Of a stretch of DNA of 32,000 nucleotides, positions 10,052-17,899 are shown piece by piece. The notes below the pieces were generated by a model that worked only from the letters and a program-made list of their open reading frames with translations, searched no databases and was not told the origin of the DNA. Where the stretch lies: the NCBI RefSeq assembly GCF_020885515.1, contig NZ_AP024987.1, positions 570,001-602,000 on the forward strand, given 5' to 3'. Positions within the stretch are counted from its first letter, which is position 1; the number at the start of each line of letters is the position of its first letter. A program made the position numbers and the translations under genes. The stretch comes from a cyanobacterium endosymbiont of Braarudosphaera bigelowii. Its GTDB lineage: Bacteria; Cyanobacteriota; Cyanobacteriia; Cyanobacteriales; Microcystaceae.

Positions 10052-11142
10052 TGATTGATGGTTAATAGTATGTTTTGTTTAATTTTTACTTATATTCTAG
10101 AGAGAAATATAAAGTTAACAATCATTTCGATCATAAGCTACTAAAATAAGCTTTCTTATTTATAACTGATTTTTTATGATTACTAATTCCTTGATCTTAC
10201 CTCAGAAAAATTGATCCATACGAAAGTTATTACTTAAATAGCATTGATTTAGTTGCAAAGAAAGTATAAGTGGCAAATATTAGTAGTATTTAATTTTTTA
10301 TTCATACCTTTTAGAGGCTTTACAATTTATAAATAAAAATTTTGAAGTACTATTTAACTCTCCAAAAAAGCTAAGCAATATTTTATTAATAACAATAATC
10401 AGATAGTGAATATAGTATCAAATTGCTATCATATGATAACTTTTAAACTGATAATAGCTATCTATCAACATTACCATTATCTAATTCTTATATCTATATG
10501 TGGTCAGAATATAAACAATTTTATTTGGTATTTTTTGTATTCTTAAATTATTTTAGATAATACTTTATAGTATCATTGTTTTTGATTTTACTTTAGATTT
10601 AAATCATTATTTTTAGCTCATTACAGTTTATAAAAATTAGTTTTAAAATCGAAATATAATTAACAATTGATTAAATTATAGGTTAAATTACTCAGTTTTA
10701 TTTTAATAAAATTGAGTAGCTAATAAATTGGTAAAATCTTCTGGTTATATGATTACTATCTTCTGAATTATTTATTATTAATACACTTACTTAGTATCTT
10801 ATAGTAAGACACATTTTTCATTAGCTCAAGAAAAACTGCCAAAAAATTTTTTTCTGTGGCTAATGATATCAGAATACAAAAAAAGTTATAAATTAACTAA
10901 AAGATATATTTACTAATTAAATATATCTTTCCAATATAAAAAATACTTACACTGTAATTTATTATTTTGATAGATAAAGTTCTATAGCTTATAACTAAAA
11001 AAATTATATTAGTACTAAATTTAAGTAGTTAATACCTATAGGTGAACATACATAACGAGAAGATATAAAGTATCTTTTGAGTTTTAGTTTAATGATATAG
11101 TTAAAGTCACATTGATGGTGTAATGATAAGAAATAGTAAATA

Positions 11143-12639
11143 ATGCTTAATTTTAAGTTATCATTTTTAGTTAAATTATTTTTTAGTTTCGTTCTTATTG
11201 GTTTAATTAGTTTATACTTATCAGCCTGTAATGAGTCTTTTGAGAAAACTTCCCTGAAAATCAAGACCAATTCAGTTATTACTGTTAAGAATCAATTATC
11301 AGAAGTTTCCCCTCCAGATACTATTCGATTGTTAAATAAAAGTTTAAAAAATTACCATCCTAAAGTAAGCATTACGGATCCTAAGCAATATGAAGTTCTA
11401 TCGGATAATACTGTATCGGTTAAATTGAAATTAATGGATTTTCCTTTGTTTAAAAATAAAAACTTAGGTCTTGGTCCTCACTTAAATCTTTTTGTTGACA
11501 ACAAATCTTATAAAAAAATTTATGATTTAAATGAACCAATAATTTTAGAAGATTTAGATCCTGGAACACATACTATAAGAGTTTTAGCTTCTAGTCCATG
11601 GTATGAAAGTTTTAAGACCAAAGAAGCATATGCTCAAACAACATTTCATGTATTTACAAAAATAGATAATAATTTACCAAATCTTTCTTTACCTCTACTT
11701 ACATACAACAGTCCCCGGGGTGATTATGGTGAGGAACCTATTATGTTAGATTTCTATGTATTTGATCCATCCTCAGATTCAATGGAAAGTTATACTGTTG
11801 AAGATAAAGATAATTGTTGGCGTGTAAAAGTAACTATTAATGAAGAGATCTTTATTCTAGATTCGTTAGAACCTATTTATCTAAAAGGTTTTCAACCAGG
11901 CAAAAACTGGATTAGATTAGAGTTAATTGATAAATATGGAAAAAAAATCAATAATGTCTTCAACGATTCAATACAGTTGATTAATTATAATCCTAATAAA
12001 AAAGATACATTGTCTGCACTACTTCAAGATAAATTATCTAACCAGTTAGCCTATTCTCTTATCGATCCAAAATATATAAAAATTCCACGATTAGCTAATG
12101 AAGAAGAAATCCTCCCTGTTTCTCAACTTGAAGAAATAATAACAGCGGAGAATGAGAAAATATCTGAAGAAATTCCACAATTAGCTAATGAAGAAGAAAT
12201 CCTCCCTGTTTCTCAACTTGAAGAAATAATAACAGCGGAGAATGAGAAAATATCTGAAGAAATTCCACAATTAGCTAATGAAGAAGAAATCCTCCCTGTT
12301 TCTCAACTTGAAGAAATAATAACAGCGGAGAATGAGAAAATATCTGAAGAAATTCCACAATTAGCTAATGAAGAAGAAATCCTCCCTGTTTCTCAACTTG
12401 AAGAAATAATAACAGCGGAGAATGAGAAAATATCTGAAGAAATTCCACAATTAGCTAATGAAGAAGAAATCCTCTCTGTTTCTCAACTTGAAGAAATAAC
12501 AACAGCGGAGAATGAGAAAATATCTGAAAAAATTCCACGATCGAAGTGGTTAAAAAAATTAATTTTATTAATTAAAAAAATAAATTTATATACTATAAGA
12601 GATTTTATGAATAATATTCAAACAAAATTTATCAACTAA
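11143..12639 (+). CDS. predicted lipoprotein with two related N-terminal modules and an acidic 5 x 30-aa repeat tail
   Basis: Signal peptide with lipobox LSAC (Cys29, codon 11227-11229). Two modules share a PGxxxIR motif (LDPGTHTIRVLA and FQPGKNWIRLEL). Residue 317 onward is five 30-aa repeats, followed by a basic K/L/I-rich tail. Confidence 0.8.
   Translation: MLNFKLSFLVKLFFSFVLIGLISLYLSACNESFEKTSLKIKTNSVITVKNQLSEVSPPDTIRLLNKSLKNYHPKVSITDPKQYEVLSDNTVSVKLKLMDFPLFKNKNLGLGPHLNLFVDNKSYKKIYDLNEPIILEDLDPGTHTIRVLASSPWYESFKTKEAYAQTTFHVFTKIDNNLPNLSLPLLTYNSPRGDYGEEPIMLDFYVFDPSSDSMESYTVEDKDNCWRVKVTINEEIFILDSLEPIYLKGFQPGKNWIRLELIDKYGKKINNVFNDSIQLINYNPNKKDTLSALLQDKLSNQLAYSLIDPKYIKIPRLANEEEILPVSQLEEIITAENEKISEEIPQLANEEEILPVSQLEEIITAENEKISEEIPQLANEEEILPVSQLEEIITAENEKISEEIPQLANEEEILPVSQLEEIITAENEKISEEIPQLANEEEILSVSQLEEITTAENEKISEKIPRSKWLKKLILLIKKINLYTIRDFMNNIQTKFIN
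12091..12540 (+). repeat. 5 x 90-bp perfect-period tandem repeat, in frame within CDS 11143-12639
   Basis: Units start at 12091, 12181, 12271, 12361 and 12451. Units 1-4 are identical. Unit 5 differs at 12475, 12500, 12529 and 12539. Each unit encodes LANEEEILPVSQLEEIITAENEKISEEIPQ. Confidence 0.98.
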
Positions 12640-12772
12640 ATATTAATGTGACTTTTAAAATTTATGGGCTTTATAAAGTTATAGTTAAGTTTTTTGAGTT
12701 ATGTTTCAAAGCTGAACTATTCTAAAAAGTATCTAGAGACAATTTATCCAATTAAGCTGGAGTGAGTTTATC

Positions 12773-13378
12773 GTGTTTATTAAACACTCACACATATTAG
12801 CAGGATTAGCTCTTAGCTTGTCCTTTTTCGGTATCAACCCTGCCCAGGCAGACACAAATCAAAAAGAGATTTTCCTGAGCCAGTTGAGAGGTTCCGCTAT
12901 TGAAGACCCTATCGATGTTTATCGTGCAGATTGGTTAAAATTTAAATTTGAAGATTATGCTATTGGTCGTATTCGTGGAGTTACTGGAGATGTAGCTCAA
13001 ATCCAAATCATTTCAGCTGGTCAGAGCAAAGATGCTCATATCAGAATGCATTATGATGTTGGAATGTTTACTAAAGGAGAACGAGATGTTTGGCGTGTTA
13101 GTACTCAAATGCCACGCCAATGGCCTACTCTCGTAGCTGGTTCTGATGTAATCATGAAGGAAGTAGATGGTCAATGGGTTATTGTCAGCCCTAAAAGATC
13201 TGATTTAGATGCATATTTTGCATATGCTCAACCTAGTTGGGTATCTCGTTTAGATTTGCGAGAAGTTCCTTTAGTTACACGTACAGATATTAACTGGGGA
13301 CGCCCTGATGTAAGTTTGCCTCCTTTGCAACCCAACAGAAAACAAGTGGCACCAGAGCCAGTACCTGGTATGTGGTAA
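12773..13378 (+). CDS. Sec-secreted protein of unknown function
   Basis: GTG start with a GGAG Shine-Dalgarno sequence 11 nt upstream. Signal peptide ends in AQA|D (predicted cleavage after residue 26). 201 aa, Arg/Trp/Val-rich, no family recognised. GC is clearly higher than in its neighbours. Confidence 0.8.
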   Translation: MFIKHSHILAGLALSLSFFGINPAQADTNQKEIFLSQLRGSAIEDPIDVYRADWLKFKFEDYAIGRIRGVTGDVAQIQIISAGQSKDAHIRMHYDVGMFTKGERDVWRVSTQMPRQWPTLVAGSDVIMKEVDGQWVIVSPKRSDLDAYFAYAQPSWVSRLDLREVPLVTRTDINWGRPDVSLPPLQPNRKQVAPEPVPGMW

Positions 13379-13382
13379 AACC

Positions 13383-13480
13383 ATAATCAAAACTATCATT
13401 TTAATTTAAAGACTAAAAGCAACACCTTGAGGTCAAGGTGTTGCTTTTAGTCTTTAAATTAAAATGATAGTTTTGATTAT
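13383..13480. repeat. perfect 98-bp palindrome (48-bp stem, 2-nt centre); probable over-long intrinsic terminator
   Basis: The reverse complement of 13433-13480 is identical to 13383-13430; centre is GG at 13431-13432. The palindrome starts 5 nt after the stop codon of 12773-13378. A T-rich stretch (ctttctttttctt) follows about 10 nt downstream. Confidence 0.95.
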
Positions 13481-13615
13481 TAACAATAACTTTCTTTTTC
13501 TTACACTAAGAAGCTAATTAAATATATATTTAAAAGTATTTATAATTAAGGTTAGCGTAATATATTGTTAAATATTTTTATTTAAAAAAAAACATTAGTC
13601 TTAATAAATTTTTTA

Positions 13616-14227
13616 ATGGATAAATCATTTAAAAGAATTATAGGTTTGACTGGTGGAATAGCTACTGGGAAAACAATTGTTTCTTCTTATATTAAGCAAA
13701 ACTTTAATATTCCTATTCTAGATGCAGATATTTATGCTAGAGATGCAATTAAGATTAATTCTAATATTTTTAAACTCATTCAAAAACGATATGGAAAAAA
13801 TATTTGTTTAAGAAATGGGGAACTAGATTATCAAAAATTAGGAAATATATTATTTCATGATGTTAAACAGAAAGAATGGCTAGAAAATAAGATTCATCCT
13901 TATGTTAAGCAGGTATTTACCAAAGAAATTAGAAAAAGCAATACTAAAGTTCTGATTTTCGATCTTCCGTTGCTTTTTGAATCTAAATTAACTTTTTTAA
14001 TAACAGAAGTCTGGATTGTATATTGTGATCAAAAAGAACAGTTAAGAAGGTTAATAAACAGAAATTGTTTGACAAAAAACGAAGGTATTATACGTATTAA
14101 AAATCAATTGTCATTTAAAGATAAAATAGATAAAGCAGATTATGTACTTGATAACTCTTCAACACTCGCAAATTTATATGTCCAAATCAATAAAATTATC
14201 GAAGAAACTAATTTATATTTACGGTAA
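13616..14227 (+). CDS. coaE: dephospho-CoA kinase
   Basis: N-terminal P-loop IGLTGGIATGKT. About 200 aa, with the DADxxAR pattern (LDADIYARDAI). Confidence 0.9.
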   Translation: MDKSFKRIIGLTGGIATGKTIVSSYIKQNFNIPILDADIYARDAIKINSNIFKLIQKRYGKNICLRNGELDYQKLGNILFHDVKQKEWLENKIHPYVKQVFTKEIRKSNTKVLIFDLPLLFESKLTFLITEVWIVYCDQKEQLRRLINRNCLTKNEGIIRIKNQLSFKDKIDKADYVLDNSSTLANLYVQINKIIEETNLYLR

Positions 14228-14254
14228 GTTCTAATCTCTATATTATTGGAAACC

Positions 14255-14270
14255 TCTGAAATACTTCAGA
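14255..14270. terminator. short hairpin between convergent coaE and permease gene
   Basis: TCTGAA (14255-14260) pairs with TTCAGA (14265-14270) around a 4-nt loop. The stem is only 6 bp, so this is weak. Confidence 0.3.
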
Positions 14271-14305
14271 TAAACAAAAACTAAACAAACTATTAATTGG
14301 CAAGC

Positions 14306-15199
14306 TTATTTTTCATAATATACGGATATTTTAAGATTAATAATTGAAAAAGCTAATATTATTAAAAACAAAACCAACCCAATCGTACATGCATAATTAA
14401 TATCTAAGTCATGAAATGCTTTCTCGTAGAGATAATAAACAATTGTTTTAGAACTATTTAATGGTCCTCCCTGAGTCATGATATACACTTCCTCAAAAGT
14501 TTTAATAGCAGAAATAGAAGATATGACGGTGACTAGCAATATATAAGAGCGCATTAAAGGGATCGTAATATCCAAATGTTTTTGCCAACCATCTGAGCCA
14601 TCTATAGCAGCTGCTTCATACAATTCTTTTGGAATTCCTTGTAATCCAGCTAGATAAATCATCATATAGTATCCTAAGCCTTTCCAAATTGTAACAAGCA
14701 TAACACTCCAAATTGCCATCTCAGTACTGGTCAACCAAGGAACTCCGTTTAATAAACCTACATAACTAAGTAATTGATTGAATAACCCATTGGAGCCATA
14801 AAGTGTTTTCCATGTAATTCCTACGACAACTGTTGAAATAATAACAGGGATATAAAATGCTAAACGAAATAAGTGAATACCTCTTAAATTATTATTGACT
14901 AAAATAGCTAGTAAAAGAGGAAGTGAAACTAGAAAAGGAACTACCCCGAAAAGATATAATACTGTGTTTATTAATGTTCTCCAAAATACTGAATCATGTG
15001 ATAGTCTATAAAAGTTTTCTAAACCTATCCAACTAGAAGGTTGTGTCAGATCGTAGTTATATTGCGTAAAACTTAAGTAAAAAGCCTGAAAAGTAGGAAA
15101 TAAGATAGTAATTCCAAGTAAAAGTAAAGCTGGAAATAAGAATAAATATGGTGTAAGTTTTATTAATAATTGTTGTTTAATCAAAGTTACAAATTTCAC
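14306..15199 (-). CDS. ABC transporter permease, MalF/UgpA-type (carbohydrate uptake family)
   Basis: Six predicted transmembrane segments. EAA loop EAAAIDGSDGWQKHLDITIPLM. GTG start at 15197-15199. Confidence 0.85.
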   Translation of the reverse strand: MKFVTLIKQQLLIKLTPYLFLFPALLLLGITILFPTFQAFYLSFTQYNYDLTQPSSWIGLENFYRLSHDSVFWRTLINTVLYLFGVVPFLVSLPLLLAILVNNNLRGIHLFRLAFYIPVIISTVVVGITWKTLYGSNGLFNQLLSYVGLLNGVPWLTSTEMAIWSVMLVTIWKGLGYYMMIYLAGLQGIPKELYEAAAIDGSDGWQKHLDITIPLMRSYILLVTVISSISAIKTFEEVYIMTQGGPLNSSKTIVYYLYEKAFHDLDINYACTIGLVLFLIILAFSIINLKISVYYEK

Positions 15200-15772
15200 A
15201 AAGATTTCGATATCTACTTTAGCTCTACTTGAGATAATAACACAGGAAATCAGAAAAATCTTTAAAGAATAATTTAATATATTTTGTCATAAAATTCGTT
15301 AATAATAAATAAATTAAAATGATATTCATTAAATATTAATATCAAAAAACAAAAGATATTTCAAAAGCCATAATCTATTAATAACTATAATTTTTACCTA
15401 ATTTATTCGAATTTCTAGAAAGTTATACAATATATTATAAGAGTTCAATTAAATATAATATACTTATTGCTAAATTAACTTTAGCCTCTCAAAATTTTAC
15501 CCATTTATCATAAATTAATAAATATAAAATACAGAAATTTTTTACATTTTCAATCTTTTAAATAATTAAGAAAATTTAAGTATAATTTAAGACTGTATTG
15601 AATAAATAGCTAACACAGTAACTAGTAAGCCTCTTTAACTATATGTTATATTTTAACTAGTAAATATTTACTTAAATATATTTTTTCTTTACAGCAAAAT
15701 CAATTATTTACTATTATCATGTAGTAGATTTAACAATAATTTTAATTAAGGTTAAAGTTTTTATTATCTGTT

Positions 15773-16342
15773 ATGAGTCAAAATTACGAAATTTCTCAAC
15801 CACTTCCTCCTAGTGTCAAACGTGCCTCAACTATTCTTCAATGGTCAGGAAATATCGGCTTTTGGACACAGTTAGTATTGGGAGTATTGGCAGCAGCTCT
15901 CTTATTTTTGTCTTTAGCAGGATTAGTTACACAGGACAAATCATCAGAAGGAACTTCTTTTAGTATTTTTTGTTCTATTTCTGGTGTTATAGCGCTGATG
16001 ATTAGTACATTTATTTGTTTTAGATACAAAAAAATTGCTCAATTAATGAAGAATCCTGAGCCGAAAGCTAGGCCTAAAAAATCTTCAACTTTGCAGTTAA
16101 TCAGGACAGGTTTATTGTCTAATTTAATTGGTATTTTTTTATCAATTATTGGTGCAGAAGGTTTTGTTGGAATTCTTTGGCGCAAGCTTTCTAATATTCC
16201 TCAAGGTGCGGCAGTCTATGATACTGGTAAATTGCCGACTCCTAGTGAGATTTTATTACTCTTAGCTAATACCCATACAATATCATGTCATTTTGCTGGA
16301 ATAATAGTAGGTTTATATCTTTTAGATCGTTTAGATAGATAA
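15773..16342 (+). CDS. DUF3611-family membrane protein (Tic21/PIC1-like)
   Basis: 189 aa with four hydrophobic segments. The motif LQWSGNIGFWTQLVLGVL matches my recollection of the Tic21/sll1656 family. Confidence 0.6.
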   Translation: MSQNYEISQPLPPSVKRASTILQWSGNIGFWTQLVLGVLAAALLFLSLAGLVTQDKSSEGTSFSIFCSISGVIALMISTFICFRYKKIAQLMKNPEPKARPKKSSTLQLIRTGLLSNLIGIFLSIIGAEGFVGILWRKLSNIPQGAAVYDTGKLPTPSEILLLLANTHTISCHFAGIIVGLYLLDRLDR

Positions 16343-16372
16343 TCATTTAAATAACTAACCATCATAGGATTG

Positions 16373-16705
16373 ATGCAGAAAACAAGACTTAATACTTTGT
16401 ATGAAATCATATGTAATAATTTAAGCCAGACTTTTAGCAATCCTTGGCGTAATTTATTTCTGAACTTGACTAGTATTCTCGCAGGTTTTTTTATTGGTCA
16501 GGCTATTGCAACCATAGCAGGGCAAGAATCTTACTGGGAGATTACAGTTGGAATCATTTTATTAATATTTACCGAAGTCAGTAGCAAAGTAGTTTACAGT
16601 AAAAAAAAGACTAAGAAAAAAATATTGTGGTTAGAAACCTTTAACTTTTTCAAAATGGGTATTATTTATAGTTTGTATATAGAAGCTTTAAAACTCGGAT
16701 CTTAA
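16373..16705 (+). CDS. ycf20: Ycf20-like protein (DUF565)
   Basis: About 110 aa with two or three transmembrane segments. The C-terminus ...GIIYSLYIEALKLGS matches the characteristic Ycf20 ending (..AFKLGS). ATG at 16373; the track starts at TTG 16370. Confidence 0.7.
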   Translation: MQKTRLNTLYEIICNNLSQTFSNPWRNLFLNLTSILAGFFIGQAIATIAGQESYWEITVGIILLIFTEVSSKVVYSKKKTKKKILWLETFNFFKMGIIYSLYIEALKLGS

Positions 16706-16973
16706 TTAAAAACTTTAATACTTTTTATTATAAAAACTAAAAAACATTCCTATTTGTTATACGTAAAAATGAAAATAAGTATCTATTAAAATGATATATT
16801 AATATATATTTTGAGAGTAAGTTTGTATAGTTTTCTACTTCAAATTTATTAAAGAAAACAATATATCTTTTAAATGTTAGGATAATTGATTCTATTTAGT
16901 AAATTCCACACTTAGTAATTCTGAATTGAATTTATTTTAATCTTAAAGAATCTATAGGTCCTAAATTAAATTT

Positions 16974-17885
16974 ATGAAACAGTCTTCCTTAATCGGAATT
17001 GATATTGGGGGAACCAATATTAAGATTGGACAATTTCTTGAAAACGGAGTGTGTGTTAACTCTTCAACAATAGTAACCCCTAAGCCTGCGACTCCTGAAG
17101 CTATAGTTAAAACTACTACACAGACAGTTAAAGCATTGATCAAAGATTATAATTGTATAGCTCTAGGTGTTGGAATACCTGGACCTGTAGACCATACTAA
17201 TAGAATTTCTAAAGTAGCTATTAACCTTTCTAATTGGGAGAATGTTCCTTTAGCAAGATTACTAGAAGAATCTACTCAATTACCTACAACTATTGCAAAT
17301 GATGCTGATTGTGCAGGTTTAGGTGAAGCTTGGTTGGGTGCAGGAAGATATTATAAGAATTTAATAATGTTAACTTTAGGAACAGGAGTTGGAGGAGCAA
17401 TTATCCTTAATGGCCAATTATTTACAGGACATTTAGGAACTGCAGGAGAATTAGGATTGATTACTCTAGACTTTAATGGTCCTATTTGTAAGAGTGGCAA
17501 CAGAGGATCTCTAGAACAATTTGGATCAATTCAGGCTATACATCGTATGACAGGTATGGATCCAGCTGAACTTAGTAGATTAGCAAAAGAAGGAAATCAA
17601 GAAGCAATCGCTTTTTGGGAAAAATATGGCCAATTACTAGGGATAGGACTGGCAAATTTAATTTATATATTAACTCCAGAAGTAATAGTTATAGGTGGTG
17701 GTATTAGCAATAGTATATCTTTTTTCCTTGGAGCTACTCTAAGGGAAATTGAGCAACGTGTTCTGCCAACTTCTCGTACAAATTTAAAATTATTAGAGGC
17801 AACATTGGGAGATAAGGCAGGTATGCTTGGTGCTGCTAGGCTTGCTTCGAATATGGCTAATAATATTAACAATAAGTTTTATTAA
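16974..17885 (+). CDS. ROK-family sugar kinase (glucokinase / possible N-acetylglucosamine kinase)
   Basis: ATP-binding motif GIDIGGTNIKIG, plus ANDADCAGLGEAW and GTGVGGAII. The ROK Zn motif is degenerate (GELGL...CKSGNRGSLE). Confidence 0.8.
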   Translation: MKQSSLIGIDIGGTNIKIGQFLENGVCVNSSTIVTPKPATPEAIVKTTTQTVKALIKDYNCIALGVGIPGPVDHTNRISKVAINLSNWENVPLARLLEESTQLPTTIANDADCAGLGEAWLGAGRYYKNLIMLTLGTGVGGAIILNGQLFTGHLGTAGELGLITLDFNGPICKSGNRGSLEQFGSIQAIHRMTGMDPAELSRLAKEGNQEAIAFWEKYGQLLGIGLANLIYILTPEVIVIGGGISNSISFFLGATLREIEQRVLPTSRTNLKLLEATLGDKAGMLGAARLASNMANNINNKFY

Positions 17886-17899
17886 TATTATCTGAAATA

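Noticed and set aside
10900-10930. AT-only hairpins in spacers (10900-10930, 12-bp stem; 28250-28281, 9-bp stem; 10688-10720; 19963-19986)
   Set aside because: They are composed almost entirely of A/T in about 20% GC spacer DNA, where such self-complementarity is expected fairly often. They have no positional link to gene ends.
12091-12540. CRISPR array as an interpretation of the 90-bp periodic repeat
   Set aside because: There are no unique spacers between the units. The period is entirely repeat, lies in frame within a long ORF, and no cas genes are present.
12773-13378. Horizontal transfer as the explanation for the higher GC of the secreted-protein gene
   Set aside because: Its GC is similar to the most conserved housekeeping genes here (tal, sqdB). 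There are no flanking mobility genes or tRNA. Constraint or expression level is the simpler explanation, though I did not test this computationally.
13383-13480. MITE or IS-derived element as an interpretation of the long palindromes (also 15-95 and 21804-21859)
   Set aside because: The palindromes share no sequence with each other and I saw no flanking target-site duplications. No transposase or TnpB-like ORF occurs in the window. Four of the five long hairpins sit immediately after gene 3' ends like terminators; the gene context of 15-95 is not visible.
3872-15199. Orphan ABC components (ATPase 3872-4972 without permease or binding protein; single MalF-type permease 14306-15199) as evidence of a broken or novel transporter
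   Set aside because: Scattered ABC transporter genes are common in cyanobacteria, and the partners may be encoded elsewhere. Nothing in the sequences suggests decay, since the motifs are intact.
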